Assembly (NCBI GenBank): GCA_011109175.1
Contig: RDEW01000050.1
Coordinates: 212,694-276,693 of the forward strand
Origin: Dicyema japonicum
Lineage: Eukaryota > Animalia > Dicyemida
Direction of reading: 5' to 3'
Length of the DNA stretch: 64,000 nt
In this document: positions 36,850 through 49,794 of the stretch, one piece after another
Numbering within the stretch: position 1 is the first letter of the stretch
Layout of the letters: each line of letters opens with the position of its first letter
The notes under the pieces: generated by a model
Database searches by the model: none
What the model was told of the DNA's origin: nothing
Seen by the model: the letters and a program-made list of their open reading frames with translations, nothing else
Made by a program: the position numbers and the translations under genes

Positions 36850-39377
36850 TAAATAATTGTTATGTTATGTTGTCCAATTAAGTCGTGTCCGACCCTTGGA
36901 GATCTCATGAACGAGTTTCCTCCACTCTCCCGGATCCGTTGCAATTTGGAGTAGCCTTGATATAGGTATTTCCGTGACGTCTTCCACCGTGGATAGCCAC
37001 TGAGTCCTCGGTCGGCCAGGTCTTCTCTTCCAGTAATATTGCTCAGCATAATGGTTCTATCCAGTGAATCAGAGCGGACAACATGCCCAAAGAACGTCAA
37101 TCTGTGTTTTACGATTCTTCCTTCTAGCGAAATGTCCGTTTCCACCCGTTTGAACTACATCTATGTTATTATTTGAAAGTCCAAGGGATTCTTAGTAACC
37201 TCCTCAGCACCACAGTTCAAAAGCATCAATTTTTCGTCTATCCGCCTTTTTCAATATCCATGATTCTGCGCCGTATAGAAAAACCGGGAACACGATTGCA
37301 TTAACTAATCTGCATTTGGTCCTTATGGAAATATCTTTGTTTTTCCAAATTCTATTCATTCTCTGGAAGGTGTCTCGTCCCAAGGAAATTCGCCTCTTGA
37401 TTTCTAGCCTCCGTCATCATTCCGATTAATTATACATCCCAGAAAGACAACATTATCGCAACTCTATTTTTTTCCCAATTTTTAGTTCCATTATTCCATT
37501 ATTAGCAGTCGTCATAATTTTGGTCTTCTTGATATTTAGCAATAAACCAAAGACGGCGCTCTCTTCTCTGAATCTTAGAATCAACTCCCTTAGGCCATCC
37601 TCTGTTTCAGCCAGTAAGGTTGTATCGTCAGCATAGTGCAAATTATTGATGTTCCTGCCTCCAATTCTAATCCCCTTATTTGATATATCCAATTTAGTCA
37701 TGATCATTTCGGCATAAATATTGAATAGGAGATAATAAGCATCCTTGTCTTACTCCTTTACCAATTTTGAACCAATCGATATCTTCATACACTGTTCTAA
37801 CAGTAGCTTCTTGATCCTTATAAAGAGATTTGATAAGCAATATCAGATGGGCATCGAACCCAAATTCTTTTAAAGCGGACCACAGCTTGTCATGTATAAC
37901 GAATCAAAAGCTTTCCGATAGTCAATGAAGCACATGTATAACTTTTTGGGATTCATGGGCTTTCTCCATAATCCACCGGACATTTGCTACATGGTCACGT
38001 GTGCCTCGTCCCTTCCTGAATCCTGCTTGGACATCTGGTAGAATCATTTCGGCATTTGGTATTAGAAGATGTTATATTATCTTTAGAAGTATTTTGCTGA
38101 TGTGGGGAATTGAGGCTATTGTACGATAGTTTGAACAGTCCTTGCTATCCCCTTTTTTCGGTATTGGAATAAATATAGATCTTTTCCACTTGCGTGGCCA
38201 AATACTAGTTTCCCAAATTTTTTGATATAGACTGGTGATAGCTGTCACCGGTATAGCCTTCAACAATTCGCTTGAGATGTTGTCAATCCCTGGTGCCTTG
38301 TTCCCCGTTAATTTCCGTGTAGCCCACACGAATTCCTCCTCAAGGATTTTATGCCCCTCACCCAACGTTGCTTCATCAACATGTATGAGTGGGCACACAG
38401 TTTCTAAATATAATCGTTCCGTATATTTTCTCCAACGATTTAGATGTTCTGTTGGCTTAGCAATTCTACACCATCCTTGTCCTTGATTTTGTCCATCAAT
38501 TTCGTAAAGGGGGTTCGTAATCATTTTAGTTGTGAATACGCATTCCTCTTATAGTCATCCACCTCCAGTAGTCTTCTTTATCCTTCCTGGCTGCCTTTTT
38601 GAATTCAGAGTTAAGTTTTCTTGTCTCGTTATATTCCCAGAGACTTTAGCAACTTTACGAGCCTCAGCAATGTTTAGGGTGTTGACAGAGAGTCACTCAG
38701 AGCACTTGGCCGGCGTTTTTATTTGACATGGTTTATTGCAGCGTTCCTGATGACTAACTGCATATCATTCCATAATTCATCAGGAATCCTTCCGTTCAAA
38801 TCCAGTAATCCAATATTGTGCTTAACTTCCATTGCGTATTCTGGTGGTATGTTTGAGACATCGAATTTCTTTACTCGGGGGGTATTCCAAGTGTTACTGA
38901 ATTTCGTCCTAATTTTTGCAACAAGTAGCTGATGGTCTTTTCCACAGTCTAGCCCTGGATATGTTTTGACGGCTGTTATATAGCTTTTCCAGCGTTTGGC
39001 GCATAAAATATAATCAATCTGGTTCCTAGACATTCCATTTGGCGACGTCCAAGTGTAATCGTCGTTTGTGCTGTTTGAACCATGTGTTAGTTATCTGAAA
39101 TCCATTTTCCTGACAGAATTGGACCAGTCGATACACAGCATCATTTCTTTTCTCAAACCAAAACTTCCCACAATATCCGTATGTGGCATACACCCAACTT
39201 TTGAATTGAAATCCCCCATTATGTAGATTATGTCCTTTTTGGGTATTAGTTTTAGTGCCTCTTGAAATTCATAATAAAATTGGTCAATTTCGTCATCCTT
39301 GATAATAGATGTTGGGGCATACACTTGCATGACCGTAATATTCAATGGTCGTCCACGGACGTGGATTAATATTATCC
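36850..39377 (-). mobile_element. RTE (BovB-like) LINE, frameshifted, 5'-truncated
   Basis: QVYAPTS, MGDFNSK, NQIDYI, KAPGID, IPIPKKGD..CSNYRTI, FIDYRKAFD, INNLHYADD, LTFFGHV. Confidence 0.95.
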
Positions 39378-40957
39378 GGCCAGGATATTGTTGACAGATA
39401 AATAAATCCATAGTTTGAAGGTCTTAGTTCGAGAATAGTTAAATACGCACACATTCATGATAGTTATTTTTTTCACGTACGATCATTCCATCACTCCTTT
39501 GTGGACTGGAAGGATGGTATTACACTGCATACAAAGAACGTTTTATCTTGCTTTTTGAAAAATCGAGGAGAGCAGGGTTCAAGATTGCCCTACACAAAAG
39601 GCTCGACAAAAAGCTAGATAAAGATGAAAAATTGCTAGTAATGTCGATAAAAGATGCAGCAGGAAAAAGGATCGAAAACTTCCTAAAAAGAGATGTCATA
39701 ATTAACTCGTATGTTGCAGCATATAATAAACGATAAGAGGGGTCTCTGAGCGCAGAGAAGAGTCCAAGCGTTTTCAGGACTTGCGGCATGAGGCAAATAA
39801 CTCCCTTTTTAATTTTTCCTTGCAAATAAAGTTGTTAAAGTTAAAAGACAGTTATTTAGGTCATAAACAGTAAAAATGTATGACTAAATTAACTGACCTA
39901 CATAATATAAATTAGTCTAAAAATGGCTCTTACATAACTTTTTTGATACCATGGGGGTAACTCCTTACTTGTTCAATGCCTTTATCTTAGACTAAAAATA
40001 AGTTTTTATTAATAACGAATTAATGAAGTCAATTGAAACTCAAAGAACATAATTATGGTCTACAGGCATTGAGCACTAAGGCATTGATCATAATATTAAA
40101 AATAATTTGGAGATGTCGGGAATCGAACCCGAGACCTTCAGCATGCAAAGCAGACGTCATACCACTAGACCACATTCCCGCAGTTCTTGTTAGTTAAAGG
40201 CTATCTCGATCTCGCTAATTCTTTTCTATCCTTCTTATAAAGATTTCATCTTTATTCTCACTTTCTCTTAGATCATCGAGGTTGTCGTCTGTTCTAAATT
40301 TTTAATCGACATCATTTAGATTACTATTAATTATGAGAGGCAGTGCTAACCTCAGAATTCCCAGTATGATCTTCCCATTACGTAAAGTAACTTTATTTTC
40401 TGAAGTGGCCTAACCTTTACATAAGCTGTGATCAATCAACTTCCACTTTGATCTCCGTTTGCTCAGTATTACATAATTTGTAGATGTCAGGTTCTTTATT
40501 TTGTCTCATATATTGAGGATAGAGCATCAGAGTGCAATAAAAACTAAGGTTTTCAAAATATCATGTTTTGGTAAAAAATGTCAATGGACTGCGAATCCAA
40601 GTCCATAATCGCTTGAAGACAGCAAACACTGATCGCTTAACATATAAAATCATTTTCTAGAGTTTTTTGAATTGAATTTGAGATCACTGGTGTTGAGGGT
40701 TTCAATGGAGAGCTGAAAACTAGTAAGCAATTGGAAGGAAGCCATTTGTATATTATTATAGGCAATTACGCTATGTAATAGAATGTGACAAAGCATGTGG
40801 AAGACGGATAATCAAACTACTAGGTAACTTATTATAATGCATAATTAGGAGTAATGGTGAGGGATTAACGTATATTTCTCTCCTTTTTCCTCAAGTAAAG
40901 CTTTTCTATATTCATCAAATTCATAATCGAGTCCGACAATATTCTGATTCTCAATTA
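39378..40957. repeat. Dispersed ~1.5-kb repeat, copy 2
   Basis: Colinear with 18396-19891, with several small indels. Confidence 0.95.
40108..40179 (-). tRNA. tRNA-Ala(UGC)
   Basis: GGGAATGTGGTCTAGTGGTATGACGTCTGCTTTGCATGCTGAAGGTCTCGGGTTCGATTCCCGACATCTCCA: canonical T-loop, G3:U70, A4:C69 mismatch, T5 terminator downstream. Confidence 0.85.
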
Positions 40958-41204
40958 CAGTGCGAGGGGTACAGTTCTCCCCACTGCAAGGAATGGACGT
41001 TATGCTAGTTTTTGCTGAACTTGTGTGACATTAGAAGGATTTTGTTTCTGTGATAGTGGAATCTGGGGCGTGCCGAGGGGCCCATATAGGCAGCCGTCCA
41101 GCTTTCGCACGCCTTTGAGTGTAATATACTTAATTAGTTATCCTTGAAATATTTGAATGCATAAAAATGATATTGTAACGATCGTGGATTATTAGACTGC
41201 ATAT

Positions 41205-41666
41205 TTATTTATTTAATAACCCCGAAAAGGGAACACCAAGAAAGAAGGAGTAAACCAACTAATTAAGTGGTCGTGTTCAATCAACTCCTAAAGCCGACGA
41301 TTGAGTACGCTTGTGCCTCATGGGCCTATGGAGTTTCGATATCAAATTCACTCAAGATCAATTCTCTATTTGGCAAACTAGCACGTCTAAAGAATCTACC
41401 CCCGATCTTTCCCCCCAATGGTTGACCACGCCGCAATCAAAAATAATGGCTCCGGCTTCATCTGTCTGTGTGGCCAAGAAACAAGTCGTTTCTTCCATTC
41501 AAGGCTAGAGGCCTCAAATACACGAAATTTGGGGAAAAAACCCACCCCTCTTCAAACTCTAATGAAAGATGATCGTCGTCTATTCAGGAAAGCCGTGGGT
41601 ACTCTGGAGGAACACAGGAAGAACCTCTCGATCCTGTTGAGGCGTACCGGGATCACTTAATTAGTT
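41205..41666 (-). mobile_element. Vingi-like LINE derivative with an inverted ORF segment, copy 2
   Basis: Same architecture and breakpoints as 26712-27175; imperfect TSD GACTGCATAT / GACTTCATAT (41195-41204, 41668-41677). Confidence 0.9.
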
Positions 41667-42119
41667 TGACTTCATATATGATATTGTAGGATCTTTGACC
41701 CTAGTTTTTAAAAAAATAATAATGAACAAGTCCAAAATAAATATAAAATCAGCAAATGATACAAACCAAATTGTATTTAATAGTCAAATGAAATAACTCA
41801 ATTTTCCTTTCTATACCCTTCATGTATTTTATATGTGTGGCACAAACGGGACCTTAGTTACTATATCGTTCTTTGGTTCTGTTAAGGTGCTTTTAATTCT
41901 TGTGTTTCATAGGTTATATATACCGACCAGTTATGCGTTTTGCTGAGGGCTCTCATGAATATCAAAAAAACCGTGTACGACCGCATGAAGAACAAAACAC
42001 ACTTAAATAATCAAGACTTCCTGTCCCCAGTAATTAAAACTTTCAATAAGTTTCCGTTTTCCATAATATATTCTACCCCTTTCAAGATCTTTTTCGATCT
42101 GGAAGATCAAAAAGCATTC

Positions 42120-42482
42120 TGTTTTGAGCACTGTATATAAACAATTCATTGAACCATGCATCTCTTATGCATGTAGTATATGGGGCCCACTCATCTCCTG
42201 GACGAATGTCTTGAAGATCGAGGCTAGCCGGAAAAAAGTCTCCAAAATCACGGAACGCTGGATTTCTGAAGAGTTCCAGTCATCAATGCCTCTTGAAGCC
42301 TTGATACGAATGAACCAAGGAACGCGCCGTCATGACTGCGAAGGTCCAGTCACTCGACCGATACATGCTTGTGTGGGGTCGAGGGAGGAGCATCGAGCCA
42401 AGATGAGGTCCCTGCTAGAGTGTGCTGGGATCACGTGATTAGTTAGTTTGTGTAACCGTGGTCTCTGGTGTTATTATTAAAA
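42120..42482 (+). mobile_element. Vingi-like LINE 3' fragment
   Basis: YKQFIEPCISYACSIW, ORF ends AGIT-TGA, family tail. Confidence 0.8.
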
Positions 42483-42929
42483 AGATCTTAGATACGCATG
42501 CGTGGTTCATCACACATGAACGCTTGTCAGTAGTCGATCCTAAGGAAGTGCATTAGATAAGAGATGAACAAAATAAATAGTTGCTGACAGATAACGGAAT
42601 CACTTATGAACGTACTTTTTATTTCACAATTTAGTTATGCATTGAAAGTTTTTGTTATTTCCACGGGGTAATGAACTATTCTTTCCCATTGGGACAATGT
42701 CGTTACCTGGAAACAAGTTCTGGAACGCTGGAATAAGTTAGGATCAAGGAGTTAATGATTTTGGTTACCCTTGGTCTTTGGAATAATTTAATTTATCTTA
42801 TTTATTTAATTTTGTAATAATTAAAATTGTATAATAATTAAACTTGTTTCTTAGATAAATTTATTCATTTAAAACCCGTGGTCACATAGAAAGAAAAGCA
42901 AAAAGAACGTCAGACAGTTAGGTTATCAC

Positions 42930-44836
42930 TAGGGCAATTTAAGTGCTAAAATGCTATTTTTATTTTTTATACTTTTTTAAATATACAATTGAATTTGGAA
43001 TAATTATTTTTTAATTTTGTTAAAAAAAACATACATTATAAATGCTATAAGTGCTATTTTTAATTTTAAATGCTAATTTTTGTTTAAATGCTAATTTAAA
43101 TTGCAGTTAATAATGTGTTTACGGATTCCGAAATTCGCGGAGCACTCCTTCGGCTGAATAACAACAGAGCAGTTGGCTATGACAATATTTGTGGGGAGTT
43201 GTTAAAATACGCACCAACCCAGCTAGCAGGAAAGATAACTTTCATATTCAACGAGATATTCAGGACTCATTGTTCAATTGACATCGCGATGGGAGTTCTA
43301 CTTCCTTTACAAAAACCTGGCAAACCTGCAGGTCTAATTGAAAATTTCAAGCCGATCGTGCTTTTGACCACTTTGCGAAAAACATTGTCGATTACAACAT
43401 TGAATCGAATATCAAATTCAGATGACCAATACTTGTCACCAAGTCAAAGTGGATTCAGAGGAAAATCAACTGCTGATATAGTATGGAGTCATTGTTAGCT
43501 TACGACAATATGTAAGAAGTACACAAAAACAATATATACTCTGGGAGTCGACTAATCAAAATCATTCGACTGTGTCTGCCGAGATAAACTATTGCAAGCT
43601 CTCAAGGACATAATTGATGAGGACTGTTTGATGATTGTGCGTTTTTTGCTGGCTGACACGAGCCTCATAGTGAAAGTGGGGAAGGGCTATTCGGAAATAT
43701 TAACGACCGGCATTGGTATTCCGCAAGGGGACTCGCTTTCGCCAGTTCACCTTGCAATCTATTTGGAAGCTGCGTTGAGGAACGTTAGGAAAGAATTAGG
43801 TCACTTAAATAATCATTTTGTGTAATTAATGTATGCTGATGACATCGATTTTGTGTCTGAGGATGTGGTGGTAATAAGAACTGTAATAGATAAAGCCACA
43901 ACAGTTCTGGAGAGGTGGTCTTTGAAGATCAATTCAGAAAACGGAGTTAACTTCGATTCAGCGGTTACCGACACGGATTGATGAGAAATGGAAGTTTACT
44001 AAAAGGCTCGGCTCGTTTTTGGGTGATGCTGAGGACATTGCTCGCAGAAAGATGTTGGCATCGTGTGCACTGAAAAGATGTGGAGTATTTGGACTCGCAG
44101 AAAACTTATCTCCTTAAATCTTCGGATGCGCTTATATAGCGCGTTCATACAACCAGTCCTATTATATAACTCGGGAACATGGGGAACATCAAAAACGGAC
44201 CGTGACTGACTAGACACATTTCATAGAAATCAATTGAGAAAAATTGCGGGAATTAAATGGCCACAGATTATCAAAAAAGACACTCTCTACAAATTATGTA
44301 AATGCAAACCGATAAGCAGAGAAGTAATTACCTCACGCTGGCGACTTATCGGACATGTTCTGAGAATGGACGAAGTGATTCCTTGCAATCAAATGATGGA
44401 AGATTAGTATTATACAAAGACTACATTTTGATAATGACAAGGCAAATATCAAAAATTATATAAATAAAAGAATGGAGGAAAATGGATTTAAACTTATTAT
44501 TGAAATGACTGAACCAAAAATTAGCCAACAAGATTTTTTTTCTCTTTCACGCTGTCAGGCATCCTATGCATCTGTTGAAAGAGCTATTAAAATGCTAAAA
44601 AATATTTAAAAAAAAGATAGGAACTTCCATCCAGACAATATCAGGCATTAACTTTTATAATATTACAATAAATAAAATTTAAATGTTATATTTTATTAGT
44701 TTAAGTTATAGATTTGACAAATTTAAATGCTAGATTTTATCATTTTAAGTGCTAACTTTTTTAATTATAATTGCTAGATTTTGTGATTTTTTAGCGCTAA
44801 AAATTTTTTTTTAAGTGCTAGAAACAACTTGCCCTA
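42930..44836. mobile_element. Non-autonomous hAT element
   Basis: TIR TAGGGCAA / TTGCCCTA; 8-bp TSD GTTATCAC (42922-42929, 44837-44844); many subterminal TGCTA repeats. Confidence 0.9.
43110..44430 (+). mobile_element. RTEX-like LINE fragment nested in the hAT element
   Basis: LNNNRAVGYD, LQKPGK, QSGFRG, IPQGDSLSP, YADD, RWRLIGH. Confidence 0.9.
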
Positions 44837-45042
44837 GTTATCACAGTTACAGTAATCAATCGATCCATCAAAAGTCTGCGGTCTCAATTTTTAGATAAAT
44901 CAAATATTTTTGATAAATATAATTATTTTAAATATTTAAAATAATTTAAATGTTGTTAGTTTGATGTGATGAATTATATAAACTAATAATCAATAGATTA
45001 CGTATGCTATAATTTTTATGTAATTATCCTCGACAGATTAAG

Positions 45043-48000
45043 ATGGACGCATTAAATGATATCATCAAAATATTGTTCCAATCATCCCATCTAGTTACCC
45101 CAAAGTTGGAGGCAGCCCTGTCAAGTATATTCTGCCCTACTATTTCCTCCCCCTGCTGTCATTTGAAAGCTTATTAGAGGAAAATGACTCGATTTCCTCC
45201 GGTCAACTAATAGTCGGCTACATTGGAGGACTCATTCTTAGAGTTGTACTCAATTTCCGCTCTTCTGGGCAACCTTTAGGTTATTCGGGCTATTTAACTT
45301 CCAGATATCCCCACGTCTTCCCATCTGCTCTCTCAAATTCTATTCTTGCTACAACAAAACGACACAGTCATTCCCTCAGTACTCAATTTACTCACTAATG
45401 AGTCAATCTGTGAAAGACTTAAAGAAGGTTGCTTCTCATTTATTCTCAGTCGTCCAAAAACTCCCCATAGTCACCAGTCAGAGCTTGAGTGTTCACAAGA
45501 GTGCGGTAGATCTGCTCGAATTGGGTACCTTTGTTTAGATTTTGAGAAAACTGTACCCTACGGAATTTGCTTGATGAATTTTTCTCCATTTGTGTTTACT
45601 TGTTTGACGACGGATTTAAAATTATTCGATTATTTCTCAAATTTAACGTATTCTTATCCTTATTTCAGGATTTCATCATTTACGAGAGTATTTCTGTCGC
45701 CCTTCCCAGCCTTGTGTCGTTGACTTTGTGCCAGTTCCCTAAGTTTTGTTTAACCGACGAGATTGTACGCTTCCTGAATGACCTCAAACTGATCCCTGAA
45801 AAGTTGCTTGCCCCATTTATCACGTTCTACTACTCTTTGCTGGTATTCCCCCAAATATCAGAAAAAACTATCAGCAAAACCAATTCTAGTAAACTTGGGA
45901 GTTAATTTAGGTGTCACCCCTAGTAAGAAGCTGTACTGTGACGCCAAATTTTTGGAATTCATCATTCAAATCGTCTCATATTTTCTAGAAAAGTTCAAAA
46001 TTACTGCAGTGAACTTTTTTGTGACTCTGGAATTTTGCAAAAAGCGTTTTTTTGGACTTCTCTCATATTTTGTCAGAAACTCAGTTCCCCCATTAGTGAT
46101 TGACATGGTTTTCTGTGAATTAATCTAAGGAATACTTTGAGAGTTTTAAAATCTCCTTGTTTAACCTTGGATACCTGTTTCTACGTTATGAATTACCTGA
46201 GAAGGCTCTTACTGTTTTCATTAGTGAAGTTATTGGAGAGGTCGAGGGACCTGCTAAAGATTTGTGTGTACACAGCTCTTTCCGCGGTCTCCTCGTTCGA
46301 TATCTGTCCTTGCTTTTGCAAAATGGTCACAGATTCTGTAAAAATGTGACAATAAGCATTGGTGTTGAAACTGTAAGGAGGATAATCAAACTGGTCCTCA
46401 CTGAGCTAATCCTTAGATTTACGATTGCCACGACTCGGACTTTTTCTTCTTTAGGATGACCACCAACATGGTATTAATACTCCAGTCTGATGTATTCCTT
46501 CTAAAAGTACCGTATCTTTACGAATTAGTTTGCCGTGGATAACTGTCCGAGGGTTGACTTTGTGAGTGAAGTTTTAACTATGTACTTATTCTACTCACTG
46601 TAGCTTCAATTTTGACATGAAGACTTTCCTTAAATATAGATCAGCTCCCTCTTTCTTTAAATACATGATTTTCACGCTGAGTTTTGTCGCCCACGTGTTA
46701 GTCCACGACCGGAGGATTGGTTTGATTGAATTTTACTTAACCATAATATTTGGGGTTGACGGTCTTTAGATGTTTTTGATGAGGAGTACTTCACTAAAGA
46801 GACATCATCATGTCTATGATTAACCAATCCTATGATTTCCTCTCCTACAGTCAGATTCGCCTACTTGTTGAATTTGACAACCTTCTATTCGACAGTCTCC
46901 ACTTTGATCGTTTGTTGGAAGAGTTATCTCACCGTGACCCAGAGTATTATGACGAGAAGACCAATATGATTCACCCCGCTTATTACAACTTAGCTGGTTT
47001 TGTGGGTTCTTATTGCAGGACAGTCCTGGACTGAGCACTTTGAGAAGCTCTACTTTTACTATATGGCTACCACCTCTGACAGTTTAAACGACGACTATTT
47101 TATAACGTTGTGATTTGTTTATTCTGTTAGTATGAGGGAACGGTATAAGCTGCACCCCAACACTGAAATTTGGTACCCCATTTCCTTCAGTCCTGATCCT
47201 CCTCTACACTTTCCTTTTTCTCCCAGTTTGTTTAGCTTTCTGTTGTCGATTCTTATAGTCTCCTTTTTTGGTGTCATTGTAGATGATTGACACGGAGATT
47301 GTTTTCACTAATGCCAATATGTACCTCCAACTGGTGGTTCATATTCTTTACTACTCTGCCTATGTTTATCTCAATATGACCCCCATTCCTGATGTATTCT
47401 CTGCTATTTATTTGTAGGATGGCTGTTCTAATGAATTTTTAGTCCCCTTTAGTGACTACTATAAGGGGGTGACTGCCTTTGCTGAATTTGACTCCACCCA
47501 GTATTCGATCCTGTCGCTGATTTTGAAACATTATGTTGACCGTTCAGGGGATGTTGACAATATTTCCCCGGAGATGCCTATCTGTGGAGTCCCGGAAACT
47601 TCAGAAGCCTTTAAATATCTAGAACGACTGTTAAACGCTGTTTAAACCTGATAATTATCCAGATTGCCTACATTCTGCAAATAAATGGACAGTCGGTCTC
47701 TGATTTCTACCTCATCTCATCCAGCAGTGAGTCTAAGCCGAAGAAATCCTGTGAAAGATCGGATTTTCAAAGAGTTCCGTGAAAGGAGACAGAAGAGGCT
47801 TAGTTTATACCGAATGACTGAGTTTTAGAAGATGTCCTGCCTTTGAGACAAAGTCGTAGAGTTCAAAACTCCGAGAAATGCTGTGTAGTCTGTCATCGAC
47901 AGGGAAACCTGCCTGGGGATAATTTTTGTAATTTGTTCAAGGTCAAACACTATAATGGTTGACTGGAGGCTTAGTTTAGTGGTGGGTTGCACTCGTTTGG

Positions 48001-49691
48001 ACAAGACTACCCTAGTTTCGCACAAATTGCCCGCTATAATTGACATGTTGTACGAAAACTACCCGCCAGTCGGTTTGTTGGTTAACTGTAGTATTTTGTG
48101 AACCTGACCATCAATTTGGCTGCCTGTGACGGTCTACTAGTCACTTGCTGTGACCATCTGATCCACTCGAAGTGCATCCAACGTTATCAAAAGAAAAATG
48201 GTCACGTGTTGGAATTCATTCTAGATAAACTAAAGTGTCCTCTGTGTGCTCTGGACGTTGACTTTACTCTCCCTTTCGTGGAAAGGCGGCAGTCCATTAC
48301 CGAAGATGACATTATGGATGAAAAACAGGTGCGGTCCTGCATTGAAAACAGCTCAAATTTCGCGCCAAAGGTTCAAATCTCCTTCATTTTAGAACAAGTA
48401 TAAAGATATGATGACTTTTTTCGAGCTAATCGAGAGACTCATGCCACTCAAAAGTTTTCCTGTAACGTTTCCCTTCGCAGAAGAGAGCATTTCATGTGTC
48501 TTCTCCTCTGTTCTCAGGTTTGTCGTTTTCTTCTAATTATAGGCAAATTTTTGAGAATAAACTGTTTTTCCTCATTTATGGGAACAAATATGAAAATCTT
48601 GCAGCGATCAAACCCTTGGACAGTTTCTGTTTGTACTATTTTGACATTGCTAGTAAACTTTTGGAATTTCATTTCTACCACTCAGCACAACTATGTAAAT
48701 ATGGAACATATTCTGGCGTTGTATGACTCTCTGATTATTGACCCGACTAAAATTGACTTTCCTGTTGGAATCTCCGACCCAATTTCTCTGTTTATAGTGT
48801 TTTCCCTCGTCATTCCCTTACATTCCCTTAAAGGTAGTTTGAATGACTCATCTTAGCCGCTTTTCCATGCCTAGTAAACATTTGCTCTAAACTAGCTATC
48901 CACCAGGACAAACTGAATAGCGAACATGTTAATTTTATGGGGGACGACTACCCGGTTGGCTGTTTGTTGTTTAACCCAGATTTCCCTGGAGAACCATTCT
49001 TTTATTCATTTCATCTTAATAGCCTCTATCTTGCACAGATCTCTGTTCGAGTCAGACATACCACGAGTTCAGGAATCTCAGAAATACATTTCATTGGATA
49101 GTCCGAACTGTCAGTTTATTGATTTCTGTCTTGATTTGATTGGGTACCACAAATGTGACCTGAATGTGGACTCGCTTTCAGACTATTTCATCACTTTTAG
49201 GGATAGTTATGAGGTAATTGGGGTTAATTCTTGTAGTATAAGACATACTATTACAACTGCTTAACCCCCCGGCCTATGCTGGCGAATCTACCTTCGGAGT
49301 ACTCGATATCATCACTAAATTCTTACTGCCTGCTGTGTGGTAAAGATATTGGCTGTGTTGAGATTGGGAAGTTTAATGAGGTAACATCAAATCGGATATA
49401 GTAGCATTTTAGTTACTGTGGGCGGGGGACAGGACTTATTTTCTATGAGAATTCGTCGGTCTGGTACTATGAGAACTTTTACTTTGCTGAATGCGGGGGA
49501 CTATTCTTCAACAAATATGGGGAATCAATAAACCGCGAATTGTTTGTGATGTTATCAGTTTTAGACCTACAAATTATAATGACTCTGTTAGTTTTGAAGG
49601 CATAAGTACTGAGTACACCCTCAATGAGAATATTTTTAAAACCTTGGAGAGAAAGTGGCGACAAGGAGTCCTCAGTAGTTTGTTTGATTGA
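45043..49691 (+). CDS. UBR-family (N-recognin-type) RING E3 ubiquitin ligase, divergent, many tiny introns
   Basis: RING TCCDHLIHSKC...LKCPLC...FTLP (~48130-48270); C-terminal FFNKYGES..YTLNENIFKTLERKW resembles the UBR1/2 C-terminal domain. Exon structure not fully traced. Confidence 0.7.
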
Positions 49692-49794
49692 TTTGCCATA
49701 ATTTTGTATTTATTATATTTTTTGTTAAATTTATTGTGTTTTTTATATTAATAGATATTTGAATTTAAAATTACTGATAATAGTGATTTTTACG

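Noticed and set aside
41064-41115. HDV-like ribozyme (GGGCGTGC/GCACGCCT stem)
   Set aside because: No properly placed P3/L3, P1.1 GG or P4/J4-2 elements; the same test failed at 61462-61560.
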